Notes: generated by a model from the letters alone, not told the origin. Positions 42,325 to 51,429 are shown, numbered from the stretch's first letter. The stretch is 64,000 nt of DNA from a virus (IMGVR_UViG_3300045988_099661:1698-65697), one strand, 5' to 3'. A program made the numbers and translations.

Positions 42325-42593
42325 CCTCCGCAGCAGCCCCGAGGGACATTGGCGTTAACCAGTTCTTCCAGCTCAGCAACATCCCCCTTTAACTCATCGG
42401 GGAGTTTGCTTGCATTTACAATCCACGGGCCTTCCTCAACCTCTTCTTCCCAATCGGGGCCGAATCCACAGCGCCCACCAGAAATTAATGCTCTTCGGAT
42501 AGAATATTGCTTGCCATTTTTTTCGACAATTAACTCACCACTGCAAAGGTTTGGCCATTTGCCGTCATAAGATATAAACTTCACTCTCTTCAA
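42315..42593 (-). CDS. Hypothetical protein, 92 aa
   Basis: ORF ending in the Cys-rich sequence PRGCCGGCL. Confidence 0.55.
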   Translation of the reverse strand: MKRVKFISYDGKWPNLCSGELIVEKNGKQYSIRRALISGGRCGFGPDWEEEVEEGPWIVNASKLPDELKGDVAELEELVNANVPRGCCGGCL

Positions 42594-42804
42594 CCTCCTC
42601 TAACCCGCAAACGAACTCCAAAAAAGCATCAGCAGCATAACGCCTGTCAAAAACGGAATCCCAATCACCAGAATAATTATCAAGATTCCAACCATAGTAG
42701 CCAGCATGTTGCGAACCAACTCCTTCATTCTCCGTCGCCCTCCTTCCAGAACTTCTCTCCATTTCATCTGCTTCTACGATTTTAATAAATTTTATTAAAA
42801 TCAT
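42565..42804 (-). CDS. Hypothetical protein, about 79 aa
   Basis: The start is moved to the ATG that overlaps the upstream stop (ATGA). Confidence 0.45.
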   Translation of the reverse strand: MILIKFIKIVEADEMERSSGRRATENEGVGSQHAGYYGWNLDNYSGDWDSVFDRRYAADAFLEFVCGLEEVEESEVYIL

Positions 42805-43007
42805 TTTTGCAGCTTTTTGTCGTAATAACCGTCGTCTCTGCCGAGCATCGTCGCTCCGCAGCATCCGCACCTCATAACGTGCAGGTTTCCACGCTTTTCG
42901 CGTATTGTGTAGGCGTGTACTAGCTTCTCGATTCGGCTACCGCACTTGCGGCAGTAGGGGTGGTTGTGTTGGTCAAACATCACACTCTCAATTTTCATAT
43001 CGTTCAC
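42801..43007 (-). CDS. Zinc-ribbon protein, 68 aa
   Basis: YCRKCGSRIEKL...MRCGCCG. Confidence 0.55.
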   Translation of the reverse strand: MNDMKIESVMFDQHNHPYCRKCGSRIEKLVHAYTIREKRGNLHVMRCGCCGATMLGRDDGYYDKKLQK

Positions 43008-43109
43008 TCCTTAGATTGTATATGCCGCTCAGACGAGCGGAATGTGGGCTAGATTCGTTTTTATATGTACCGCAGGTAACTTTATACTCGTAACTCTCTA
43101 AAATTGAAT

Positions 43110-43700
43110 CTAGCCGCCCTGGCGTGCGTCTGGGAGGAATTTGCCCATTACGGTTCCGATACTCGTCAGCTCGTTTGCCTTTTTCCTCGGTTTCGGCTTT
43201 GATGCTCCGAGGATTCCGACAGGGTTTTTCCCTAGGGCGTATTCGTTCTTAGCTTGCTTTTTGCTTCTTGCGCAGGCGTCTTCGTAGAACCTGCGCATCT
43301 GCGCTCTTACCGCTGGCATATCAGCCGCCAGCACTCTTTGCAACTCGTTCCAGCCGAAGCTGTTGACCGCCTGCGCTATTTCTGGTCTGCTAAACTGCGG
43401 CTGCTTCCCCCACGGTGTTGACTGCATAAAGCGCTGGATTTCTCCCCACGCCTCGTCCCAATCCTTGACTCTCAGGTCTTCGTTTACTGCATCATTGAGC
43501 AGTTCGCACTGCCCTAGCAGCTCTGCTACGCTAGGCAAGAATTTGCACTCTCTGATGCTCTTCTTGACCGCCAGCATCAACAATGTCGGCGGCACATCTG
43601 CCAACATCAAGCGATATATTGCTATCTGTTGTGCGTCATTCGCTCGCCCATACGCCCCAAACAGCAGCGTCAAAGTCTCGCTTAGCGTCACTTTCTGCAC
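43110..43700 (-). CDS. Replication accessory protein (G39P-like helicase-loader pattern), 196 aa
   Basis: Lies directly after the replisome-organiser gene. The N-terminus LFGAYGRANDAQQIAIYRLMLADVPPTLLMLAVKKSIRECKFLPSVAELL resembles SPP1 G39P-type proteins. Confidence 0.4.
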   Translation of the reverse strand: MQKVTLSETLTLLFGAYGRANDAQQIAIYRLMLADVPPTLLMLAVKKSIRECKFLPSVAELLGQCELLNDAVNEDLRVKDWDEAWGEIQRFMQSTPWGKQPQFSRPEIAQAVNSFGWNELQRVLAADMPAVRAQMRRFYEDACARSKKQAKNEYALGKNPVGILGASKPKPRKKANELTSIGTVMGKFLPDARQGG

Positions 43701-44610
43701 CCCCCTGTGCTAAAATCTCGTCAACCTCCGCAGCTACTTCTTTCAAGTCCCTGTTGCCGCGGCCGCCACCTCCGCTCTGCGCCTGCTTAGACCTCCGCGG
43801 CCTGTCGTTGCCGCTGTGGATATTCTTGCAACACCCCTCGACATACGCTAAGGTGCGCTTGCCTTGCTCTAACGAGCGCTGCATCGCCTCCAACACCACA
43901 GGCTCGCTGTAGTCAGCAATCATGGCTTGAATCTTCTCGGCGATATACCCCGTCAAGGCCCCCATGTTGGAATTCCAAAACCTAAAAGGGTTATCGGTCT
44001 TGTCAACAACGACAAGAGAATGTTCGCTGAGCGAATCACGGTAGTTACTAGATAAACCTACGGTAGCAGTATTCTGGTTCTTGTTCTTCTCTAACTCTAT
44101 CTCTTTCTCTTTCTCTTCTCTATCTCTACGTAACGCAGGTGTAACAACATCGTAACTATCGCGTAACATTGTTACGCTTTCACCTGCTTTTTTACGGTTT
44201 CGCATATCCCGCATACGGCTTGCTGCCGCGGTTTCGGAGCCAATCGCCTCTGCTGCTTTCGGCAGAGAAACGTCGCTCTCGCATTCAGACTCTACCAGCA
44301 AATTGTGTTTGCGCAAAAACGCCACCGTGACCGATACATTCTCTTCGTCCTCGTCAATGTCCAAAGCCAAGTTCTCTATGAACTCGCTCTCCGGGCAGTC
44401 ATAAGCTATATGCCCTTCGTTTTTCAACGACAACAACATCATCTTGAGGTAAATAACCGTGTAAGTGTCGCCGCCAGCAATCTTACGCAGCTTCTTGATT
44501 TCAACTTGGCGAAAAAAGTCCTCTTTCAGTTTAAGCCACCAGTATCTTTTGCCCAAAATAGCAGCCCCCTTCTTATTGCTTGCTTTCTGTATCCTTAGAA
44601 CAGATGTCAT
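43636..44610 (-). CDS. Phage replisome organiser (N-terminal organiser domain plus a DnaD-like C-terminal part)
   Basis: KRYWWLKLKEDFFRQVEIKKLRKIAGGDTYTVIYLKMMLLSLKNEGHIAYD is the replisome-organiser N-domain pattern. The true start may be the TTG at 44556, which has GAAGGGGG upstream. Confidence 0.7.
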   Translation of the reverse strand: MTSVLRIQKASNKKGAAILGKRYWWLKLKEDFFRQVEIKKLRKIAGGDTYTVIYLKMMLLSLKNEGHIAYDCPESEFIENLALDIDEDEENVSVTVAFLRKHNLLVESECESDVSLPKAAEAIGSETAAASRMRDMRNRKKAGESVTMLRDSYDVVTPALRRDREEKEKEIELEKNKNQNTATVGLSSNYRDSLSEHSLVVVDKTDNPFRFWNSNMGALTGYIAEKIQAMIADYSEPVVLEAMQRSLEQGKRTLAYVEGCCKNIHSGNDRPRRSKQAQSGGGGRGNRDLKEVAAEVDEILAQGGAESDAKRDFDAAVWGVWASE

Positions 44611-44920
44611 CTCCTATGAAGGTTGCTCCGTTAAGGTAAGCAGTCTTCCCATGAGTCTCTGCCAACTCGTTAGTCAGAAGAAACGTCAGCACCTCTGCTA
44701 CGGTGTTCATCGGCTCGTCGAGGTCTAAGGAGAGGTATTCAACAAACTCTTCCTGTTTGCAGTCGTATTTGAGATAACCATCATTCTTACCCGCCAAGAG
44801 CATCATCTTGATGTAAATAACGAGATATTTATCTCCATAAGGGAGTCTCAACATTTTTTTGACTTTAAGCTGTTTAAAGAAGTCAGGGTGCAACACGAGA
44901 TGCATTTTTTCGTCTTTCAT
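44573..44920 (-). CDS. Second, short replisome-organiser N-domain paralogue, about 115 aa
   Basis: MHLVLHPDFFKQLKVKKMLRLPYGDKYLVIYIKMMLLAGKNDGYLKYD. The start is moved to the ATG at 44920, which has GGAGGT upstream. Confidence 0.6.
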   Translation of the reverse strand: MKDEKMHLVLHPDFFKQLKVKKMLRLPYGDKYLVIYIKMMLLAGKNDGYLKYDCKQEEFVEYLSLDLDEPMNTVAEVLTFLLTNELAETHGKTAYLNGATFIGDDICSKDTESKQ

Positions 44921-44922
44921 GT

Positions 44923-45189
44923 TTATACCTCCATTCGTTTTGCTAAGATTTTGCTCATGATACTTTCGTAATCCATATCGATTTCTTTCATGAGCTTTAA
45001 ACATTCGGCAGCTCTTTTATGGTCACGCATTACATCAATCGCAGCCGATAGAACACAGAAACATTTTTCAGCTTCATCGTCCGTGATTTCGCCATCGGTT
45101 TTAGCGTTGACCACAGCAGCGCCAGTAATAGTAATAATTTCACCCCATGTAAGTTTGGGGGTTTCGTTGTAAGTTGTGTCAATAATCAT
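44923..45189 (-). CDS. Hypothetical protein, 88 aa
   Basis: ORF in the early operon. Confidence 0.55.
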   Translation of the reverse strand: MIIDTTYNETPKLTWGEIITITGAAVVNAKTDGEITDDEAEKCFCVLSAAIDVMRDHKRAAECLKLMKEIDMDYESIMSKILAKRMEV

Positions 45190-45268
45190 TCGCGTCCTCC
45201 TAAAGCTATAGTCTGAATCTGAGTGGGCTTACGCTGGCAATCCCACTCAGACCAGGGTTACAAAAGGC

Positions 45269-46210
45269 TTATTTGCCTTCTACGGCAGCCTCAATTTCAT
45301 CTGCGGTGAACATTGCATCCGCAGGCGTTTCAACCGCTCCTGCGGCTTCCTGCGTGCTCTCGGGGAGCTGTTCTAACGGCGATGCCTCAATAATCGGAGT
45401 GTCTTCGTCGTCGAGTGTACCCTGTGCAATCTGCTCTGCCATTTTTAAGGTGTCGGCAGTAGCAGTACGATAGTCGATAGACATAACGCCCCAGCGGCCA
45501 ATCAGCTCGCGCAGGATAGTTTTGCGTGCCATAGCGTCGAAGTTGCTACTCCAAACCGGGTTCATGTATTTACCTTTGCGGTGCTTCTGTTCGTGTCTTC
45601 TGATTTTAGGCACAGACCAGTAAATGTACTTCTCCATGCCGTTCACGGTGCGGAAGAAGCCGCAGTAACCGATAACCGGTGTTTCCTCGCGAGTATCTTC
45701 GTCCTCGATAAATTCAAGCTCAATATCCTCGGTCAAAGGATTCCAGCGTTTCAGCTCGCCATCGCGAATATCGACAACATTGAGCTTAGTGTAGATGCCG
45801 GTACGCATCGCCATTTGGTACATGCCCTTATAGCCGAGCATGAAGCTCGCTTCCATGCGATACTTGCCATCTTCTTGTTTGTTTTTAAAAGGCACGATGT
45901 AGGCATATCCTAAAGCCGGGTCGACAGGCAAATCGTAGGTTGCCGCTTTCAGACCTGCTTGAATAACGCTCATGGGAGCATTCGTGAAGGCTTCGCGCAT
46001 CTGCGGTGAAGCATTGATAAGACTTACAATGGAGCCTACAAACTGCGGCGCTCTTTTGCCGAGCAGCTCATGAAAACGATTCTTCATACCGCTGCTGTCC
46101 ATCATCTCATTCATGATGGTTGCTAATGATTTGTTAGCAACCTGTTGTTGTGCCTGTACCTGTCCTTCCTGCTGTTTCTTGGCCAGCAGACCGCCTTTTA
46201 CTGTTGCCAT
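45269..46210 (-). CDS. recT: RecT-family single-strand annealing recombinase
   Basis: SVIQAGLKAATYDLPVDPALGYAYIVPFKN...MLGYKGMYQMAMRTG. It is paired with the exonuclease gene upstream. Confidence 0.9.
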   Translation of the reverse strand: MATVKGGLLAKKQQEGQVQAQQQVANKSLATIMNEMMDSSGMKNRFHELLGKRAPQFVGSIVSLINASPQMREAFTNAPMSVIQAGLKAATYDLPVDPALGYAYIVPFKNKQEDGKYRMEASFMLGYKGMYQMAMRTGIYTKLNVVDIRDGELKRWNPLTEDIELEFIEDEDTREETPVIGYCGFFRTVNGMEKYIYWSVPKIRRHEQKHRKGKYMNPVWSSNFDAMARKTILRELIGRWGVMSIDYRTATADTLKMAEQIAQGTLDDEDTPIIEASPLEQLPESTQEAAGAVETPADAMFTADEIEAAVEGK

Positions 46211-46211
46211 A

Positions 46212-47213
46212 TTATTCTTCTCCTTCTGCTTCCTTAGCTCTGCGTTTCTTGGCTGCTTTCGTCAAAGCAACACGGAGCTGTCTATACTGTCCAGTTCTAG
46301 TATAGGTTTTCACGAGGTCTGGATAATCCACCGCGAAAGCCTTTGAATCAAAGGTGTTGCGTGTGCTTACACCATAGCTGACTTTATAATCGCCACATTC
46401 GCCTGTCTCGAAATTTCCAAGCTCAAGGCGAAGCTTATTCTTCTTTTCGTCAATGAAGCCTTGAAGCTGTTTAATCTGCGCTTCCATCTCTTTGATGGTG
46501 TTGCATACCGCTTCCCACTCGCCACCCATCTGCATGGGTTCCTTTTCGCCACCGGGATAGATTTTCTCAATGAGCTTCTTGCAGTTATCAGAAGCATCTA
46601 CCTCGGGGATAGCTTTTGTGACTACGAAGTCGTTCCAGAATTTGCCTTCCTCTTCGATGAGTATGGCAATGTCTTCGTCGTTACGAGCCACTTCGCGGAC
46701 TACCGCTTTCTGTCCGCCAAGCAAGCAGACCACGTAGCACTTATCATAGCCGCCTACGGCCATGTAATGTTGGATTTGGCAGTAGTATGAGTCGGGGAGC
46801 TTGTCATCTGCCCACTCATCTTTATTGAATGCCGACGTAGTTTTGATTTCCGCGATGGCGTTCTCACCAACCACGAGGCGGTCAATGTCGGCGAACATGA
46901 AGGGGTACTCGTTGTTACGGACCATGCCGCAACGGCGAAGCTTCTTGCCTGTCTTGGCCTCAAACCAATCTGCAATGACGGGTTCCATTCTCGTACCCCA
47001 GTCCATGCGCTCAGCCTGCTCTTCCGTCAGCTCCTGCTCACCTGCCTGTCCTGTCTTTTCCATCCAGAGCTGGAAGCGGTTCTTCCACGGATTGACGCCG
47101 ACTATCACGCCAGCGTCACTACCGCCGATACCATTTTTTCTTAATTCAAGCCACTTCTCGCGGCCGCCCTCCGCCTGCATCTCGGCGGACGTCATAAGCA
47201 TTGTTACACTCAT
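46212..47213 (-). CDS. YqaJ/lambda-Exo-like recombination exonuclease
   Basis: RKNGIGGSDAGVIVGVNPWKNRFQLWMEKTG, plus PD-(D/E)XK-type blocks (FADIDRLV...AIAEIKT). Confidence 0.9.
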   Translation of the reverse strand: MSVTMLMTSAEMQAEGGREKWLELRKNGIGGSDAGVIVGVNPWKNRFQLWMEKTGQAGEQELTEEQAERMDWGTRMEPVIADWFEAKTGKKLRRCGMVRNNEYPFMFADIDRLVVGENAIAEIKTTSAFNKDEWADDKLPDSYYCQIQHYMAVGGYDKCYVVCLLGGQKAVVREVARNDEDIAILIEEEGKFWNDFVVTKAIPEVDASDNCKKLIEKIYPGGEKEPMQMGGEWEAVCNTIKEMEAQIKQLQGFIDEKKNKLRLELGNFETGECGDYKVSYGVSTRNTFDSKAFAVDYPDLVKTYTRTGQYRQLRVALTKAAKKRRAKEAEGEE

Positions 47214-47614
47214 TTCTTACCTCCGATAATTTTACCGAGCAACGTAAGCAACATCGCTTCGTCTTTACTCAAGCCCTGCTCTATGGCTTTATTATAAAGT
47301 TTGCACTCGTCTTGCGAATCGCAATGCTCGCAATCATCGCAGCCATCGCAGCCATCATCTTTACAATTATCACGGTCATTGTCGTCATCGTCTGTGCGCT
47401 TGACAAAATTCTTATCCTCAAAGCTCTGAGCCAAGATACCAAGCATAGCTTGGCGTTGGTCTGCGCCTTTAAGCATAGGTCTTTCCTCCAAAGCTCTCGC
47501 GACGGCCTCACTAATAGCAAGCCACGCAGAAATCATTTCAATTACGTTGCCATGAATCATTGTGTGCAGATTTCCTGCGGTATCAACTACTGCTTTCAAA
47601 ACTTCTTTTTGCAT
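47210..47614 (-). CDS. Hypothetical protein with an Asp/Cys-rich segment, about 134 aa
   Basis: The start is moved to the ATG at 47614, which has GGAGGT upstream. The Asp/Cys-rich segment is DDDDNDRDNCKDDGCDGCDDCEHCDSQDECK. Confidence 0.55.
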   Translation of the reverse strand: MQKEVLKAVVDTAGNLHTMIHGNVIEMISAWLAISEAVARALEERPMLKGADQRQAMLGILAQSFEDKNFVKRTDDDDNDRDNCKDDGCDGCDDCEHCDSQDECKLYNKAIEQGLSKDEAMLLTLLGKIIGGKK

Positions 47615-47634
47615 TTGATTTACCTCCAAATCTC

Positions 47635-48000
47635 TTAAACCCCAAACTTTTTGAATGACTTGATTGCATAACAAGCCATTCCTGTATTCAGCCCGAAACA
47701 GTTTCCTGCTTTGGTCAATGTCAAGCCGCACACTTTTATCAAAATGTAGATTGCACGGCCTGTGTCGGTATAGGCGCTAACGCCTTTTACGACACGCTTA
47801 TGGTCCTCCCTTTTCTTATAAGGAAGAATGCCCATCTTCGTCATCGCCTTGTCCGGCGACAATTCAAGGATTATCGCCAAACAAAGCGCATACCAGTTAA
47901 ACCTGTCAGCACTTTCCTTTCTTTCAATGGCGGCGGACGGCATTTCAATTTTCTGAGCACGCCCGACTAATGTACGCGGAGTTCTCATCCTCACAGTCAT
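47635..48000 (-). CDS. Hypothetical protein, 121 aa (possible DnaA-C-like HTH)
   Basis: RAIYILIKVCGLTLTKAGNCFGLNTGMACYAIKSF resembles the DnaA domain IV HTH only loosely. Confidence 0.3.
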   Translation of the reverse strand: MTVRMRTPRTLVGRAQKIEMPSAAIERKESADRFNWYALCLAIILELSPDKAMTKMGILPYKKREDHKRVVKGVSAYTDTGRAIYILIKVCGLTLTKAGNCFGLNTGMACYAIKSFKKFGV

Positions 48001-48299
48001 TTTGCATCTCTCCTCGTCGTTTCGATAACCACGATTTCTCCAGGATACAAATACTTGCGTCCGCTGCCAACGGCGAAACCGTTGTTGGCTCTCAACTCAC
48101 CCATCCACTCATCGAATGGTCGAGAGCCGTCGTAATACCGCTCGCCGATACTCCAGAGAGTTTCGCCTTCCTTAACGACGTGTCGTACAGTGCGCGTCGC
48201 CTGCTCGTTTCGAGCTGCAAGATTGTAGTCGAAGTCGAAGCTGCTAAACAAGAAGCCCATCAGTAGGACGGCTAAAATTTTTGTGAGCATTCCCTTCAC
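47997..48299 (-). CDS. Membrane-anchored LysM-like domain protein, 100 aa
   Basis: N-terminal TM segment, then VVKEGETLWSIGERYY...LYPGEIVVI. Confidence 0.55.
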   Translation of the reverse strand: MKGMLTKILAVLLMGFLFSSFDFDYNLAARNEQATRTVRHVVKEGETLWSIGERYYDGSRPFDEWMGELRANNGFAVGSGRKYLYPGEIVVIETTRRDAK

Positions 48300-48321
48300 T
48301 CCCTTCTTTCCTTATATGTGT

Positions 48322-48573
48322 TTATGTTGTAACCAACGCTTTGAGCGCGGCATGAAACGCGTTAGGCGTGGTTCTCTTCTTTTTCCCCGCTTTTTCTTTC
48401 GCCGTGAAGAGCGCTTTAATCTGTTCGTCCACAACTTCCGGGACTAACAGATATTTCTTGCCGCTCTTGCCGAACGGGATTTTCCCCGTCAGCATCAGCT
48501 TACGCACCAGCTTTTCACTGATGCTGCGGCTCTCGGCGTACTCCTTGATGCCCATTAACAACATTGCTCTCAC
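48322..48573 (-). CDS. Excisionase-type/MerR-like HTH DNA-binding protein, 83 aa
   Basis: MGIKEYAESRSISEKLVRKLMLTGKIPFGKSGKKYLLVPEVVDEQI. Confidence 0.5.
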   Translation of the reverse strand: MRAMLLMGIKEYAESRSISEKLVRKLMLTGKIPFGKSGKKYLLVPEVVDEQIKALFTAKEKAGKKKRTTPNAFHAALKALVTT

Positions 48574-48586
48574 GCTCCTTTCTTCT

Positions 48587-48808
48587 TTATGAATTTTCTT
48601 CTGAGTTGGAAACTACTAAATAATTATCCAGTATCAGTTTTACCAACTTTAATGTTTTCTTAGCTTCAAATCTGCTCATGCCTTCGAGATTCCCTATTAT
48701 CTTCTCGGCGGCTTGAGCAATTTCTTTTTGCGTCGGTCCATCTAGATGATTGAATTTTGCACAACGGAGCAAGTCGAAAATTGCTTCATTAACATTCATC
48801 ACTCTCAC
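48587..48808 (-). CDS. Hypothetical protein, 73 aa
   Basis: ORF in the early operon. Confidence 0.5.
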   Translation of the reverse strand: MRVMNVNEAIFDLLRCAKFNHLDGPTQKEIAQAAEKIIGNLEGMSRFEAKKTLKLVKLILDNYLVVSNSEENS

Positions 48809-49578
48809 GCTCCTTTTGATAAAAGCTTGTTGACGAAATACGCCTGCCCTTTGCCAGTCACTTTAACCGTCTTGCTGACGGTTACATGGCCATCGCTATG
48901 CGTAACCGCCGTTTCCTTGATGCGGAACAGGCCTAACTCCATAGCTCTCTGCGTCGGGCTGTTATAATCAGCACCTTGGCGTTTAATCAAATAGCCGTTA
49001 TTACGCAGCCACTCAAACATGCGCTTCTGGCCCATGTCATGCCCGTTCTGTTTGATGAGCTTTGCCAAATCACCAATCAAGATGGTTTGGTCGCTCGCGG
49101 AAACCGCATCAGCGAAGATTTCTTTTGGCTTCATACGCTGCGTGTCGCTCTCCAACTCTGCAATACGTGCGTCGCGCTCTTTAATGGTAGCTTGCGCTAC
49201 GAGCACAGCTTTCGCCATCAGCTCCGCATCGCTCATCTTCTCACTACCAGCGATGTAGCCGCCAGTCTTGCGGATAGCGGGCAGAACTTCCGCTGTCACC
49301 CAGCGCTTAAACTCCTTTGCCTTCGGCATCTTGCTAGAGAGGATAAGAGAGTAAAGACCGCTTTCGTTAATGATAGCTACTTCACGGTTTTGACCTGACA
49401 GAACGATTCGTTCAGCCAGCTTGTCCTCGTCATCAACGTGGTCTCTAATCGCTTTAGGTGTGTTGCTGTACCCCAAAATCTCCGCCACATCTTTGCCCAC
49501 AAACCAAGGCTCGCCGCCTTGCTCTACCACTCGAACCTTGCCGAATGCAGGGTTCTCGAAAATCTTTAGTTCGTCCAT
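48805..49578 (-). CDS. Antirepressor (Bro-N + KilAC/ANT domains)
   Basis: The Bro-N part is IFENPAFGKVRVVEQGGEPWFVGKDVAEILGYSNTPKAIRDHVDDEDK. The KilAC-like part is IGDLAKLIKQNGHDMGQKRMFEWLRNNGYLIKR...PTQRAMELGLF. Confidence 0.9.
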   Translation of the reverse strand: MDELKIFENPAFGKVRVVEQGGEPWFVGKDVAEILGYSNTPKAIRDHVDDEDKLAERIVLSGQNREVAIINESGLYSLILSSKMPKAKEFKRWVTAEVLPAIRKTGGYIAGSEKMSDAELMAKAVLVAQATIKERDARIAELESDTQRMKPKEIFADAVSASDQTILIGDLAKLIKQNGHDMGQKRMFEWLRNNGYLIKRQGADYNSPTQRAMELGLFRIKETAVTHSDGHVTVSKTVKVTGKGQAYFVNKLLSKGA

Positions 49579-49639
49579 TGCATTACCTTCTTTCTTAATC
49601 CTCTGTGCTATAATTGCTATATAGAAAAGAGGTGATTTT

Positions 49640-49963
49640 ATGTTATCTGAATTTGATTACAAACTACTCGGCTGGCTTTCAGTTAATCGTGTCACCATCA
49701 CAACGCTTCTTCAAAATTATGGTGACGGTGATATAACACGTCGTCGTTACGACAGATTAATGAAAGCAAGCCTAATCCGTTTAAGTGATAGCTTTATTGT
49801 TCTTACGCCGCTTGGCAAAACAGAACTCGAAGATTACAATCAACGCGAGTCAGCCGAAAAAACGTCCGAAGAACGAGCTTCTGCTGCTATTCTTTGCGCT
49901 ATTGCCAGTGCTATCGCCGCAGTTGCCAGTGCTATTTGCGCTATTGCTACTTTGTTCAAGTAG
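49640..49963 (+). CDS. Winged-helix-like protein with a C-terminal hydrophobic tail, 107 aa
   Basis: An extended -10 TGCTATAAT lies at 49606-49614 and GAGGTG is upstream of the start. The gene is divergent from the antirepressor gene. Confidence 0.5.
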   Translation: MLSEFDYKLLGWLSVNRVTITTLLQNYGDGDITRRRYDRLMKASLIRLSDSFIVLTPLGKTELEDYNQRESAEKTSEERASAAILCAIASAIAAVASAICAIATLFK

Positions 49964-50263
49964 CTTCTTTTCTGCTGCCCTATCAACCATGTTGTTCACA
50001 ATAGTAGCGACTCTTTGCAATTCGCCATCTGCCACAGGGACATACCTAACAGGCATCTGCTCAATAGCTGCTGCTGCCAATGTTTCTATCGCTTTTGCAA
50101 ATTCCTTGAATTCTTTCAACGTGCAGCCTTGCATCTGCTGGAAAACAAACGCTAAAAGCTTTTGGTCTACATTGAAGTTTTTTGCTTTCATGCCAATCAT
50201 GAAGTTCTTGTCAACTTCTTTAAATTTCTCATAAGATTCAACTAGCTCTTGCATTTCATTCAT
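49850..50263 (-). CDS. Hypothetical protein, 137 aa (3' part doubtful)
   Basis: The N-terminal about 100 aa look protein-like. The last about 35 aa are low-complexity and antisense to the 3' end of 49640-49963. Confidence 0.45.
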   Translation of the reverse strand: MNEMQELVESYEKFKEVDKNFMIGMKAKNFNVDQKLLAFVFQQMQGCTLKEFKEFAKAIETLAAAAIEQMPVRYVPVADGELQRVATIVNNMVDRAAEKKLLEQSSNSANSTGNCGDSTGNSAKNSSRSSFFGRFFG

Positions 50264-50492
50264 CGCTTTCCTCTCCTTTCAGCAGTTCGTCGTTTTTCTT
50301 GTATTCAAACAAGTCTCCTATGCCGCACTGTAAGTAACTGCATAACCTATCTAGTGTATCCAGCGATATAGCTGCGTTGCGGTCATAGTATAAATTGGTG
50401 AGCGTTGTTCTGGATATTCCAGTGTTTTTTGCTACGTCGGTTATCTTTAACCGCTTCGCTCCAAGTATCATAGAAAATTTATTGTCTATCAC
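50256..50492 (-). CDS. XRE/YozG-like HTH regulator, about 78 aa
   Basis: KRLKITDVAKNTGISRTTLTNLYYDRNAAISLDTLDRLCSYLQCGIGDLFEY. The GTG at 50492 has GAAGGAG 9 nt upstream; the track ORF extends to 50570 through the operator region. Confidence 0.7.
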   Translation of the reverse strand: MIDNKFSMILGAKRLKITDVAKNTGISRTTLTNLYYDRNAAISLDTLDRLCSYLQCGIGDLFEYKKNDELLKGEESDE

Positions 50493-50520
50493 ACTGTACA
50501 ACTCCTTCTTCACTCCTCTC

Positions 50521-50610
50521 TTTTGTTCAATGTACTGTGCATTTTGTATTTTGTATTGTACAATATTCAAATTGTATTGTCAATAGCTTTTTTGTTCAAT
50601 ATGCTGTACA
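50521..50610. promoter_or_regulatory. Second divergent switch: face-to-face promoters and two operator-like repeat types
   Basis: Minus strand: TTGACA (reverse complement of 50578-50583), 17 nt, TACAAT (reverse complement of 50555-50560). Plus strand: TTGTCA (50577-50582), 17 nt, TATGCT (50600-50605). Direct repeats TTTTGTTCAAT(G/A)T(A/G)CTGT(G/A)CA lie at 50521 and 50590. TTGTATTGT(A)CAAT boxes include the palindrome ATTGTACAAT. Confidence 0.6.
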
Positions 50611-50632
50611 ATTTAAAAGGAGGTGTTTTATT

Positions 50633-51133
50633 ATGTTGTTAGTAAACCTTAATGTGCTTCTTGCTGAAAGAAATCTTCGGATTAGTAAAGTATCAAAAGA
50701 TACTGGCATATCTCGCACTACGTTAACCGCTTTGTGCAATAATCTCAGCCAAGGCATTCAGTTTGAAACTCTGAATACGCTGTGCTCCTATTTGAGCATA
50801 TCCCCAATACAGTTTTTTACGTATCTTCCGCTTGACTATACTCTTTACATCGAGCGCCAAAACGCAAATTGCAGTATTGCGAATTTCTCTATCACTGCCA
50901 ACAAGCGGACAACAGACTGCGCTGCTTTCATTGACATTGAAGCTGATGCCGCCACAAGTTCCCTGTATATCACTCTTTCGCCATCGAGCGAGCCTGATGA
51001 CAATTCGGCGTTTCTACAAAAGTTCATCGAACAGTTACCGCCAATAGTCAAAGACTCCATTGAGGACAAAATCTGCAATATTATAGGTGAAGATTATGAG
51101 AATTACTCACTTACCTTCATTTGGGACATCTAG
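50633..51133 (+). CDS. XRE/YozG-like HTH fused to an about 100-aa unknown C-terminal domain, 166 aa
   Basis: The ATG at 50633 has AAAGGAGGTG upstream. The HTH is NLRISKVSKDTGISRTTLTALCNNLSQGIQFETLNTLCSYLSISPIQFF. The gene is embedded antisense in the leftward early operon. Confidence 0.7.
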   Translation: MLLVNLNVLLAERNLRISKVSKDTGISRTTLTALCNNLSQGIQFETLNTLCSYLSISPIQFFTYLPLDYTLYIERQNANCSIANFSITANKRTTDCAAFIDIEADAATSSLYITLSPSSEPDDNSAFLQKFIEQLPPIVKDSIEDKICNIIGEDYENYSLTFIWDI

Positions 51134-51307
51134 CAGTTCCTCAATCGTGCAGCCAAGGATTTTGGCCAACGCTGGCAATTTATCTGCTCTCGGGAGGAAT
51201 AAACCGCCCTCCCATTTTGCGATTGTGCTTCTATCCACCCCGCAAGCTTTAGCTACATCTTCTTGTAGAAGCCCTTTAGCTTTGCGAAATTTCTCTAATT
51301 GGGACAT
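51107..51307 (-). CDS. Cro-like XRE HTH regulator, 66 aa
   Basis: KGLLQEDVAKACGVDRSTIAKWEGGLFLPRADKLPALAKILGCTIEELL. It is divergent from the CI-like gene. Confidence 0.8.
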   Translation of the reverse strand: MSQLEKFRKAKGLLQEDVAKACGVDRSTIAKWEGGLFLPRADKLPALAKILGCTIEELLDVPNEGK

Positions 51308-51331
51308 AAACGAACATCACCTCACATTTCT

Positions 51332-51429
51332 GTGCGTTAATCGCACTTGATATTGATATTATAGTGCGATTAAGTCACCTTGTCAAGCACTTTTTTTGAT
51401 TGACGTGTGCGCTGGTGTCACATTATAAT
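51332..51429. promoter_or_regulatory. Primary immunity switch: divergent consensus promoters with three GTGCG...CAC operators
   Basis: Minus strand: TTGACA (reverse complement of 51381-51386), 17 nt, TATAAT (reverse complement of 51358-51363). Plus strand: TTGACG (51400-51405), 17-18 nt, TTATAAT (51423-51429). Operators: GTGCGTTAATCGCAC (51332-51346, a palindrome), GTGCGATTAAGTCAC (51364-51378, in the minus-promoter spacer) and GTGTGCGCTGGTGTCAC (51405-51421, in the plus-promoter spacer). Confidence 0.75.
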
